Source of the DNA: Octopus sinensis | Lineage: Eukaryota | DNA: 64,000 nt | Reading direction: 5' to 3' | Assembly (NCBI RefSeq): GCF_006345805.1 | Contig: NC_043009.1 | Coordinates: forward strand, 3,844,001-3,908,000 | In this document: one piece after another, positions 1 to 11,700 of the stretch | Layout: the number at the start of each line of letters is the position of its first letter | How positions within the stretch are numbered: the first letter of the stretch is position 1 | Position numbers and translations under genes: made by a program | The notes under the pieces: model-generated | What the model was told of the DNA's origin: nothing | Database searches by the model: none | Seen by the model: only the letters and a program-made list of their open reading frames with translations

Positions 1-800
1 GTCGAAGATTTTCTGTTTGTTTTTTAACTGACAAACATAAAATTTGTCCTCCCTTATATATATACTACTTGTAATTTATCTATCTGAAAATGTATGATTT
101 AAGTAAACGTATTTCAAATTTCCTTCAGTCATACCAATGTCGAGTTTTTGTTTTAGTTTATGTTTTGTCTTGTTTGAAGTAACCTTCCCATTATATATTA
201 TTGCTAACAGACAATTTAGTGAGTAATGTATTTCCCTTAGCGAGATTTGAGATATACATCGCATCATCTATTTATCAACTACAATCAACTGAAGTAAATT
301 TATTGTCTTGTACAATTAGGATGTATAATATTTCAATATCACAGAGCACCGTGATGTTGTATGTCCGCGTAATTACACTGGAACAGCTCAATGTCTATGA
401 ATTTTTTTAGAGTCAAATAGAATATTTACGAGAACGGTGTATTATAACATGTATGATACTGTTTATTTCTTTATATTCGATGATATTATAAGATGAATTT
501 ATTCCGAGTTACACTTGGGTATGGATTTAAGGATTACGGATAACATCTAGGTATTTCATGTTGGATGTTTTTATCATAAATATTCTTATTCCAACTGATA
601 AGTCTAGTAATATTATTCTATGGTTGGGGATTAGTTGCTTCCTAATGGTCTTATTAATGTTTCTTAACATTTACTTGATAACTAATAAATTCTCAGATGG
701 AAAAATGTTCATTAATTTCATCTTCAGAACAAGGACAAAGTTTACATTATTTACATTATTTACATTTGACGGATATTTGTCCTCGTCTTGTTTGTTGTTA

Positions 801-841
801 ATACGTTTTGGCTGATATACCCTCCAGCCTTCATCAGGTGT
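801..841 (-). ncRNA. Degenerate hammerhead ribozyme copy (GAAA changed to AAAA)
   Basis: Minus strand ACAC-CTGATGA-A-GGCTG-GAGGGTATAT-CAGCC-AAAAC-GTAT; paralogue of 2094-2137 with G12 lost. Confidence 0.5.
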
Positions 842-906
842 CTTGGGGAAATTTCGAACCTGGGTTCTCATTCCTAAGGTAGTTTTTTATGCTATTATTA
901 TTATTA

Positions 907-941
<35 letters not shown>

Positions 942-961
942 ATTATTATTATTATTATTAT

Positions 962-1513
962 TGAGTGAGAGAGCAGTTCATGCCATCAAAGTGACACTAG
1001 TGTAAAATATACGAAGCCCAGTATACCCATCATGACTACCCGTCTGATAAGGGTACACAAGGCACATGCATCACAACCACATGTGCGCGACATGGTGATC
1101 TCATATCAAGAAAAACAGCACATGACCTTGCAGGTGGGGCCCAGTTAGAATTTTCTTCAGGTTGAGTAGCCCATCCCGCTCAAACGGTCCCTAAATAAGG
1201 GTTGTTTAAGGATGTTGAAAGAACCACCCATGTTTCCAGAGGTGAACTATTCAAACCCAAAGAATCCCTCTCAACACATGGCTATGATGCTCCCCACTAC
1301 TTCTGCTCGTGATCAGAGATGCACATATCGTCAGCCACTAAGGGACATGCTCAACTGGTTACGGTCAAACAACTGACAAGCAAATCTGTGGTATTGAGCA
1401 GAATATTTGCTGTAGCCCATCTTTTATACCAAGACAAAACAATGTACATGATAACACTTCCAATCAATAAGATCAGAAGCCATGAGAGCCACTGCCTGGT
1501 ACTGCATCAGGGC

Positions 1514-1517
<4 letters not shown>
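962..1517 (-). mobile_element. Non-coding interspersed repeat inserted into an (AAT)n tract
   Basis: Flanked by (ATT)n on both sides; absent from the sister unit at 1813-2372; no ORF homology recognised. Confidence 0.6.
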
Positions 1518-1565
<48 letters not shown>

Positions 1566-1585
1566 TATCATTATTATTATTATTA

Positions 1586-1635
<50 letters not shown>

Positions 1636-1637
<2 letters not shown>

Positions 1638-1697
1638 GCAGATCACTGCCTGGAATCGAACTCGGAATCTTGGGGTTAGTAACCCCCGTTCTTAACC
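1636..1697 (-). mobile_element. 5'-truncated tRNA-derived (SINE-like) head
   Basis: Minus strand GTGGTTAAG (partial A box), GGGG-TTACTAA-CCCC arm, GAGTTCGATTCC (B box), followed by (AAT)n; repeated at 2311-2372. Confidence 0.65.
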
Positions 1698-1741
1698 ACA
1701 CCTGATGAAGGCTAGAGGGTATATCAGCCGAAACGTTGTAT
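1698..1741 (+). ncRNA. Minimal type I hammerhead ribozyme candidate (inverted terminal-repeat copy)
   Basis: ACAC-CTGATGA-A-GGCT..AGCC-GAAAC-GTT-GTAT; core intact, one mismatch in stem I. Confidence 0.55.
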
Positions 1742-1812
1742 TAACAACAAACCAGATGAGGACAAATGTCCATCAAATGTAAATAATTTAAATAATGTAA
1801 ATAATGTACATG

Positions 1813-2210
1813 TATGGATTTAAGGATTACGGATAACATCTAGGTATTTCATGTTGGATGTTTTTATCATAAACATTCTTATTCCAACTGATAAGTCTAG
1901 TAATATTATTCTATGGTTGGGGATTAGTTGCTTCCTAATGTTCTTATTAATGCTTCTTAACATTTACTTGATAACTGATAAATTCTCAGATGGAAAAATG
2001 TTCATTAATTTCCTCTTCGGAACAAGGACAAAGTTTACATTATTTACATTATTTACATTTGACGGATATTTGTCCTCATCTTGTTTGTTGTTCACACAAC
2101 GTTTCGGCTGATATACCCTCCAGCCTTCATCAGGTGTCTTGGGGTAATTTCGAACCTGGGTTCTCATTCCTAAGGTAGTTTTTTTATGCTATTATTATTA
2201 TTATCATTAA

Positions 2211-2249
<39 letters not shown>

Positions 2250-2264
2250 CATTATTATTATTAC

Positions 2265-2305
<41 letters not shown>

Positions 2306-2372
2306 TTATTATGCAGGTCACTGCCTGGAATCGAACTCGGAATCTTGGGGTTAGTAAACCCCGCTCTTAACC
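1813..2372 (-). mobile_element. PLE-derived composite unit, copy 2 (no insert)
   Basis: Direct repeat of 519-1697 without 962-1517; followed by an inverted partial copy at 2373-2490. Confidence 0.65.
2094..2137 (-). ncRNA. Minimal type I hammerhead ribozyme, GUU triplet
   Basis: ACAC/GTGT stem I, CTGATGA core plus extra A, GGCTG/CAGCC stem II, GAAA, palindromic ACGT stem III. Confidence 0.7.
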
Positions 2373-2416
2373 ACACCTGGTGAAGGCTAGAGGGTATATC
2401 AGTCGAAACGTTGTGT
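2373..2416 (+). ncRNA. Degenerate hammerhead copy (core CTGGTGA)
   Basis: ACAC-CTGGTGA-A-GGCT..AGTC-GAAAC-GTT-GTGT; A6 changed to G. Confidence 0.45.
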
Positions 2417-2800
2417 TAACAACAAACAAGATGAGGACAAATGTCCATCAAATGTAAATAATTTAAATAATGTAAATAATGTACATGATCCCTCATCTCT
2501 TAAATATAGAACTGAAGGACAAAGTTTCATTTATGATCCTCTAATATAACGAACACCTCACGTTTACCGAAACTTCTATCTATTATCAAAAAATGTCAGA
2601 CGTTTTTGGAGGATTCTTGCATTGTCATGTATTAACTTTATGTTAAGATTTATTAATTTGAGTGAAAATTGTCGTGACACTAAATTCCACCTGCTTACTG
2701 CTTACTGAAATTGTTCCATTGCAAATCTGTTGGATGGAGATGAACCGTGTCAGTGACTAGGTTGCAGTTAGCGCGACGAAAATTTTGGCAGCAAATATAT

Positions 2801-3210
2801 CTTTTGCCTCTTTTACTTGTTTCAGTCATTTGACTGTGGCTATGCTGGTGCACCACCTTTAGACGAGCAAATCGGCCCCAGAACTTATTCTTTGGAAGCC
2901 AAGTACTTATTCTATCGGTCTGTTTTGCCGAACTGCTATGTTATGGGGACGTAAACACACCAGCATCGGTTATCAAGAGATGTTGGGGGGTACAAACACA
3001 GACACACAAACATATACATACACATACATATACATATATGTACATATATACGATGGGCTTCTTTCAGTTTTCGTCTACCAAATCCACTCACAAGGCATTG
3101 GTCGGCCCGAGGCTATAGTAGAAGACACTTGCTCAAGGTGCCACGCAGTGGTACTGAACCCTGAACCATGTGGTTGGTAAGCAAGCTACCTACCACACAG
3201 CCACTCCTGC
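2801..3210 (-). mobile_element. tRNA-derived SINE, family A (~400 bp, internal CA/TA microsatellite)
   Basis: Homologous to 40006-40429 and 56720-57132; head GGAGTGGCTGTGTGGTA..GGTTCAG, tail GACTGAAACAAGTAAAAG. Confidence 0.85.
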
Positions 3211-4149
3211 TTACTGTTTACTGAGATTGTTCCATTGCAAATCTGTTAGATGGTGATGAACCGTGTCAGTGACTAGGTTGCAGTTAGCGCGACGAAAATT
3301 TTGGCAGTAAATGATAAATATTTTTTTAGTTGTAATTCTTTTATCTTCCGTCCAATTTGACTTTTCTGTTCAGTTGAGGGACAAGCAAGTGTTGTCTAAT
3401 ACTTGTACTACCCTTTAGTAGCTTGTGTGTAGATAATGTCTAGTTTAGAAAAGTATTCAAATGTATCAGAAAATACAATGTTCTTAATGTCAATTCTACG
3501 TTTCTTCTCGAAGATTCTACGGATATCTTTGGAATTTTAAGATGGATGTCAAACAGGAAATTCGAATTCACAGATCCGCATGTACAAAATTCATGGGAGA
3601 CACAAATATTTTTTTTTTGTGTTTCTATATCGTAGAGAAGTGTTTTTAGAGTCATATAAAGATTATTTTCAGCGCATTGTCATAAAAATATCCACCACAT
3701 CACCGAGTAAATTCTCTTGTAATACTCAATAAAAAAGCAGTGTATTGTTTGCAGCATTTTTCCCAGCATGCAAATTACAGGAAGTCTATAAATTTGCCAT
3801 CTCATGGGTGGAGTGAAGTGTCTGAAGAATGCTTTATTGCAAAATTAATGAGAAAACGCTTAGTTACAAACAATATCCCTAAGTATTTCCAAAAAAGTTA
3901 ACATACAACTATAATAAAATATGCAAAATATACCCACGCACATAAATATATAAGTGTGTACAATCCCACGCACATAAAACCTATTAGCGAACAATAATGT
4001 GCTCTGTAAATACAGTGGTCTCATATTTTTCTATTATTCATGCCATTCAATCCTACGTTATTAATTCATTTATGATTTAATCGTTTAAATTCTATTTCGT
4101 TATTTCAGGTATTTCATTACATTTTTTACCTGATTAGGATTTATATTAT

Positions 4150-5105
<956 letters not shown>

Positions 5106-5374
5106 TACTTTAGCCGCTCAGTTCTCTTCAGTTTCCTTAGTGACAAAAGGAGAAGACATATATACATCCACTGCGTCACTTGGAGCATATTCCACCCCAT
5201 GCAAATAACAGGAAGACCATAAATTTCCCCAGTTCACGTCGTTTAAGTGAAGAATGTGACAAAATGTTTAATTGCTAAATTGGATAACATGTATATCAAG
5301 TACTCAATTTATCTTCGAATAATCAATCTTCCACTTAATAAAGGTGGATATATATACATATATATACATATATA

Positions 5375-5412
<38 letters not shown>

Positions 5413-5489
5413 TATATATAATATATATATATATACATACAGACATACATATATACATATATATATAGTTATATATACATATATATGTA

Positions 5490-5698
5490 TTCGCCATGAT
5501 AGATCGTTAGCCACTACACACATTTTTCTCTCCTTGTTTCTCTCCTTGTTTCCTTGTTTCTTTCTGTGTTCCTTTCTGTGGAAGAGCGTAGGCTCGAAAC
5601 GTTAAAGACTTTTACACTTCCCGAGCGTTATACTAATACATCTGTTTGTAGTCTACACCACCTGTCTTCCTCTTTTGTTTTTTCGTGAATTCTCCCTA
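5490..5698 (+). mobile_element. PLE-like terminal-repeat fragment ending at (TA)n
   Basis: Homologous to 26861-27040; contains an HHR-like fold at 5572-5607. Confidence 0.55.
5572..5607 (+). ncRNA. Hammerhead-like motif with variant core CUGUGGA
   Basis: CTTT/AAAG stem I, CTGTGGA plus A, GAGC-GTAG-GCTC stem II, GAAAC-GTT. Confidence 0.45.
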
Positions 5699-5817
5699 TA
5701 TATATATATATATATATATATTGTGTGTGTAAGTATATATATATATATACACACACATATCATATATACATCCATACATATATTCAAATATGCATCTGTC
5801 TGTCTATCTATCAATGC

Positions 5818-5893
<76 letters not shown>

Positions 5894-5939
5894 GTGTGTG
5901 TACTGTGTGTGTGTGTGCTTACATATATGAGTGTCTTTT

Positions 5940-6200
5940 ACGTGTTTCAGTCACTGGATAGCGGGCATACGTTAGCACTGCCTTGAAGAATTTTTGTCAA
6001 ACGAATTCACCCCAGTGCTTAGAATTTAAAGCCGGGAACTTAATCTATCGTTGTTTGTTGCCGAATCACTTTGTAACGCCGAGATAAACGCACCAATTCC
6101 GGTTGTCAAGATGGAGTGGGGTGTCACACATAAGGACAACAACACTCACAAAAATTGATACATACATAAGTACATACACGCATACATACATGCATACGTA
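5940..6200 (-). mobile_element. SINE family A-related 3' half, diverged
   Basis: GTTTCAGTCA..GCACTGCCTTGAAG..GCCGAATC..TAAACGCACC..GGTTGTCAAG motifs shared with family A. Confidence 0.6.
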
Positions 6201-6202
6201 TA

Positions 6203-6240
<38 letters not shown>

Positions 6241-6414
6241 TAAGAAAGTTTGTTTGGAAAAGCACGTGGGTGAATATATAAGAAAATAGTAAAGTGTGAA
6301 AAAACGACAGAAGGCTTAAATGTTAAAAAATATATATATTGTGTCAAAATGTCTGGAGAATATTGGAAAAATTTTTTTTCCTTTCCTTAAAATGACATAA
6401 TTTTAAAAATTTTA

Positions 6415-6454
6415 AAGAAATTACCGGTTTCGCGTGTAGCTTTTCAAATTTCTT
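6415..6454 (-). ncRNA. Minimal type I hammerhead ribozyme with U3-A8 core, GUA triplet
   Basis: AAGAAAT/ATTTCTT stem I, TTGAAAA core, GC-TACAC-GC stem II, GAAA, palindromic ACCGGT stem III; identical to 10373-10412. Confidence 0.72.
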
Positions 6455-6602
6455 GTGACGTTATGTTTATATTGCATGGAATTTCGTTGTTTTTATTTCC
6501 AGGAGATTTCTAAATAAGGGGAGGTAGTGAGTGATTTTTTCCGGTGTAGGGGAGATAATCGCTTAAAAATTTTTTTCCCTTTTCCTTGTTAATTCTCTGT
6601 GT

Positions 6603-9157
6603 CAGTATGTTCGGATGGTTGAGTCTGGGTTTGTACTTTTCAATGAAGAATGTTTCCTTGTTCAGTCTCATTTGTGTTGATGATCCGAAAGCACATTGTT
6701 AAAATGGGAAGATTAAAAATTGTGGCAGTAGTTGCTTTGCGCATTTCTCAATGTGCTCACTAAAAGGTATCATTCTATATTCTGGGAATGCAATCTGTTG
6801 TCGATGCAGTGTGCATCTGCGCCTGAGTGATAGTCCTGTGGAACCACGTAGTCTTGGTGGCAGCCCGAGCATTTAATAACATAAATTATGTTTTCAGAGG
6901 CACAAGTAAAGTTAGATTTGATCTTAATTTCTGTCCCTCTTTAAAGAAGAATTCTGATCCTTCCAATAGGTTAGACATGTTGCACAGTTCGATCTACCAC
7001 ATTTTTTTACTTTGATCCGTAATTTTAGAAGACAATTTTGCCTTTGTGAGAATCTTTTAAGTGATTTAGGCTGTTTGTAGCTTTTAATGATTTGGTGTAT
7101 GTTTAGAATTTCCTTTAATTTTGGGTTTTTATGAAGTATTGGTAAATTCTGGGTGATGATGGTGAAGGCTTCTTTGTTTCTGGGGTTGTATGTAGATATG
7201 TAAGGTAGTATTTTCGGGGAAGGGGTGTTGTTGTGTTGAACTTTTCTTAAAGTTTCTATGTTGATTTCTGTTGCACGTCTGATCCCATCCTCTATGAGTT
7301 GAGCTGGGTAATGTCTGTCAATTAGGGTGTTTGAGTTCTTGCAGTCTAAAGTTCCTGGTATTTTGTTCTGACACTATTGTGCATATCCTTCTTGCAAGGT
7401 TGAAGGGGATGTTTGTTTTAGTGTGTCTTGGGTGGCATGAATTAAAAGAAGGTATTGTTTGGCGTCTGTGGCTTTGTAAAAAATGTCTGTTTCTATTTTA
7501 AGGTTAATTTTTTTAATTAGTATATCCAAGAACGGGAGCTCCTTTTGGTTGTATTCCATTGTGAACTGTATATTTGGGTATGCTGTTCAATAGGTTTTTA
7601 AATTTTAGGAGTTTATCTATGTTTTCATTCCAGAGAATGAAACAATCGTCTAGGAATCGTTTCCAATTCTCTTTTATGTATTGAGAGAGGGAGTTTCCAA
7701 AGATTGATAGAGATTCCTGGTAAATGATTATTTCCATGTATCCCATTGTTAAGTTCGCAATGACTGGTGCTGCCCTTGTACCCATAGCAATTCCCGATTT
7801 TTGACGGTAAAATGTATTGTCAAACATGAAGTGGTTATTGTGTAGGATGAATTCAATTGATTTAGTAATGAATTCCTTACTGATCCTTTTTGGTATTTCT
7901 CCGGAAATGGTCTAACCAGAATTGTATTGCCTCCAGTCCATAATTATGAGGTATATACTGGTATACAAGTTGACTACATCAAATGAAACCAGGATTGTTT
8001 CTTCCTTGGTTTTTTTTGGAGGGGTGGTTTAACATATCTAAGTCTTCTCTGATATGGCTATCGATATGTTTAAGGAAGGGTTTCAAGAGGATGTCCATAA
8101 GTAGACTTAGTCTGTGTTTCACAGGTTGGGCCAGCTACAATGGGTCGTAGTTTTAGGTCCCCCGGATTAGGTATGTGTATGTATGTCTTTGGTGATTTTT
8201 TAATGGTTTCATTTATAATTTGACTTTTATGAATTTTTGGCAGACCATAGAAAAGGCTAGGTTGCATTTAAAGTTTGTTAGGAAATCAATCTCTTTGGTT
8301 GTCAGTTCCTTTTCATGGGTTTTAATTAGTGAAGATAGAGTTTTCATTATTTTTTGTGGGGTGTAGTTGGTAATTTTTTCATAATGTAGGTCTTCATCAA
8401 GCAAGGAAATTACAAGATTTCTGTAGTATGATGTATCCATTATTACAACTGCATTTCCCTTGTCCGCTTCCTTAATGGTTATATCTTCATCATTTTGGAG
8501 TTCTATCAGTTCTTTCCATTGTGTAGTGTTAAAATTTGGATTAGCTTTCTGTTTATGTATAGTATGGTAGGGGAAGTTCTCAATGTGGTTACAGAATTCG
8601 TCAAGATCTTTATTTCTTCCTCTGTGTGGGATGTGTTCACTTTTGTTCTTGACTAGTGATTCATCTTCAGTATTGAAACTGTTTGATGCTTCTGCTAGTC
8701 TTAATTTTCTGCAAAATTCTGTTATATTATCCTTGAGTTCATTTAGGTTTGCTCTGCGTGGAGTTGGTGTAAATTTGAGCCCTTTTGCGAGGATGTCAAT
8801 TTTTATGTTAGAAAGAGGTTTGGTTGAAAGATTGATTATCTTCGGTTTTTCCTTATTACTAGGTTCCAGCCTGTGTCCTGGTGTCCCTGGTCCCTGGCTA
8901 AAAAATGTTGGGTGTAATTTTGTGTTGTATGAGTTGTCTGTGAGGTTGTGTGGTATTTGGTCGGGGGAGTGGTGGTATTGTTGCCTCCGATCGTTGTGTG
9001 TGTGGGGGAATCTATGGTTGTTAATGCTTGTGGTGTGTGTAAAATTTCTGTATGGGGAATATTTTTGTTTCGAACTTCTTGTATGTGGGATGTTGCTTGA
9101 CATAGTGTTTCTTTGCGTTTGTCTTGTGTTTAGTGGGGACCAGTAGTTTTGGTTCAT
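6603..9157 (-). pseudogene. PLE reverse transcriptase plus GIY-YIG endonuclease ORF, broken by frameshifts
   Basis: ORF-track pieces 8213-9157, 8070-8267, 7513-7827 and 7374-7559 carry consecutive PLE RT motifs in different frames. Confidence 0.9.
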
Positions 9158-9199
9158 GGGGTAGTAGTGATTTGTGTGTGGTGTATTTCTTATCCTAGT

Positions 9200-10556
9200 C
9201 TATGAAAGAAATTACACCAAAAACAGAACAAACCAACAACATCCTAATACCAGACCCAACCACCATACAGCACAATACGACACTAGGATAAGAAATACAC
9301 CACACACATTAACCTTAAAATAGAAACAGACATTTTTTACAAAGCCACAGACGCCAAACAATACCTTCTTTTTAATTCATGCCACCCAAGACACACTAAA
9401 ACAAACATCCCCTTCAACCTTGCAAGAAGGATATGCACAATAGTGTCAGAACAAAATACCAGGAACTTTAGACTGCAAGAACTCAAAAACACCCTAATGA
9501 CAGACATTACCAGCTCAACTCATAGAGGATGGGATCAGACGTGCAACAGAAATCAACATAGAAACTTTAAGAAAAGTTCAACACAACAACACACACCTTC
9601 CCCGAAAATACTACCTTACATATCTACATACAACCCCAGAAACAAAGAAGCCTTCACCATCATCACCCAGAATTTACCAATACTTCATAAAAACCCAAAA
9701 TTAAAGGAAATTCTAAACATACACCAAATCATTAAAAGCTACAAACAGCCTAAATCACTTAAAAAGATTCTCACAAAGGCAAAATTGTCTTCTAAAATTA
9801 CGGATGCAAAAGTAAAAAAATGTGGTAGATCGAACTGTGCAACATGTCCTAACCTATGGAAGGATCAGAATTCTTCTTTAAAGAGGGACAGAAATTTAAG
9901 ATCAAATCTAACTTTACTTGTGCCTCTGAAAACATAATTTATGTTATTAAATGCTCGGGCTGCCACCAAGACTACGTGGGTTCCACGGGACTATCACTCA
10001 GGCGCAGATGCACACTGCATCGACAACAGATTGCATTCCCAGAATATAGAATGATACCTTTTAGTGAGCACATTGAGAAATGCGCAAAGCAACTACTGCC
10101 ATAATTTCTAATCTTCCCATTTTACCAATGTGCTTTCGGATCATCAACACAAATGAGACTGAACAAGGAAACATTCTTCATTGAAAAGTACAAACCAGAC
10201 TCAACCATCCGAACATACTGACACAGAGAAATTAACAAGGAAAAGGGAAAAAAAATTTTTAAGCGATTATCTCCCCTACACCGGAAAAAATCACTCACTA
10301 CCTCCCCTTATTTAGAAATCTCCTGGAAATAAAAAAACAACGATAATTCCATGCAATATAACATAACGTCACAAGAAATTTGAAAAGCTACACGCGAAAC
10401 CGGTAATTTCTTTAAAAATTTTAAAATTATGTCATTTTAAGGAAAGGAAAAAAAATTTTTCCAATATTCTCCAGACATTTTGACACAAATATATATATTT
10501 TTTAACATTTAAGCCTTCTGTCGTTTTTTCACACACTTTACTATTTTCTTATATAT
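9200..10556 (+). mobile_element. Inverted, internally deleted second copy of the same PLE (RT thumb, GIY-YIG, terminal repeat)
   Basis: 9308-10556 is the reverse complement of 6274-7508; 9282-9308 is the reverse complement of 9173-9199; ORFs 9443-9937 and 9856-10104 give KCGRSNCATC and FTCASENIIYVIKCSGCHQDYVGSTG. Confidence 0.9.
10373..10412 (+). ncRNA. Minimal type I hammerhead ribozyme with U3-A8 core, GUA triplet
   Basis: Same fold as 6415-6454; predicted cleavage after A10405. Confidence 0.72.
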
Positions 10557-10629
10557 ATATATATATAATATCTATATATATATATATATAGTTATATGTA
10601 TATGTATAAGTGTGTATCTATGTATGTAC

Positions 10630-10765
10630 GACGCTGTTCTTTCAGTTCCCGTCTAGCAATGTCAATTGCAAGGATTTGGTCGGCCCGAAGCTACAGTATA
10701 GGACTCTTGTCTAAGGTGCCTCGCAGCGGGACTGAAGCCGTAATTATTTGTTTAGAAGCAAATTT
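10630..10765 (-). mobile_element. SINE family A-related 5' fragment
   Basis: TTCAGTT..GGTCGGCCCGAAGCT..AAGGTGCC.CGCAG.GGGACTGAA motifs. Confidence 0.6.
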
Positions 10766-10989
10766 CTTGGTGTGTGTTATGTATGTATAATTTACTAAAG
10801 ATTTATTAACCAACAGCGTTGTCACTCTGTTTGTAAACAATGCCTGAATGCAATATATTCATAGACTGAAATATAGGTTATGTCTGTACGTAGTTTTGAA
10901 TATCGTGGACATTTTTGCAGGTATATATCGGCTACAGATATTAAGCATGATGCGGATATAATGAGTGATCGTCGGATCGGTTCACCACT

Positions 10990-11700
10990 GATATTAAGTT
11001 ACAAGAGAAAAGCTCCCCGTCAAAATGTTGTAATTTTCGTGGTATTTCTTTACTGCTAACTGTTGTTGAGATATTCGCGGCCCTCTTATTGGATCGTCTC
11101 TATTGTTTTCCTGGAATCGCAACGTTAATTTTTTTCTTTGTAGTATCACACATGCAGCCATGCGGAGCTGGATTTTCCGGAATTTCACAAACTAGCTGGA
11201 GCCGCACATCTGATAAACACTGCATTTTATGTAATTTCATCCTTCCTCTTTAAGCTTAGAATCGTATTTAGGCAAAGTATGTAGAAATAGCCAAGCTTCT
11301 AAGCATGACGCTATTTACTTGTACATTGCCCAGACCTATGCACGTTAAGATAAAGCTCAAAAGATGTGAGCATTATAAACATTATAAACATTAATGCAGG
11401 CGAATTTTGGGGTTGTCTTATATTCTATATCAAAGTTTTCTCTTACCAATATGAGATGACGCATTAAGTTCCAATGCAGCTATTTGAGAACTATATGTCC
11501 AAAATATACAGAACTCTCTAAATGCTCAACTCCATCTCACTTATTTTCATTTCAGAACCTGCTGACTATTCATCTCTCGGAAAAGTCTGTTGATGTTCTT
11601 TTACACTGATAGTAATATTATAAGTTTTGCAGACCTTTGAAAGTTGATGAACACAAGATTGTATACCATTTCCGTTTCATGTAAAATTTTCACTGTCATC
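10990..11700 (+). pseudogene. Highly decayed RTE-type LINE reverse transcriptase fragment
   Basis: YKRK then (frameshift) CCNFRGISLLLTVVEIFAALLLDRL, resembling the RTE motif NYRGISLL...KIFARILLNRL; downstream motifs only faint. Confidence 0.5.

Larger units (their letters stand above)
519..1697 (-). mobile_element. PLE-derived composite unit, copy 1 (tRNA-like head, (AAT)n, HHR-bearing terminal repeat, short extension), interrupted by a 556-bp insert
   Basis: 519-960 is a near-identical direct repeat of 1813-2250; carries a degenerate HHR at 801-841 and a tRNA-like segment at 1636-1697. Confidence 0.65.
6240..9199 (-). mobile_element. Penelope-like retroelement (Neptune-like), 5'-truncated, frameshifted
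   Basis: IINLS..LAKGLKFTP, IKEADKGNAVVIMD, FYGLPKIHK..LRPIV, GIAMGTRAAP, WKRFLDD, PFLDILI, then C-x4-C-x2-C and GIY-YIG-type IIYVIKC..DYVGST in the inverted twin. Confidence 0.92.

Noticed and set aside
962-1517. Possible HDV-like ribozyme at the 5' end of the microsatellite-inserted element
   Set aside because: I could not build the nested P1-P4 pseudoknot by hand; it needs a computational search
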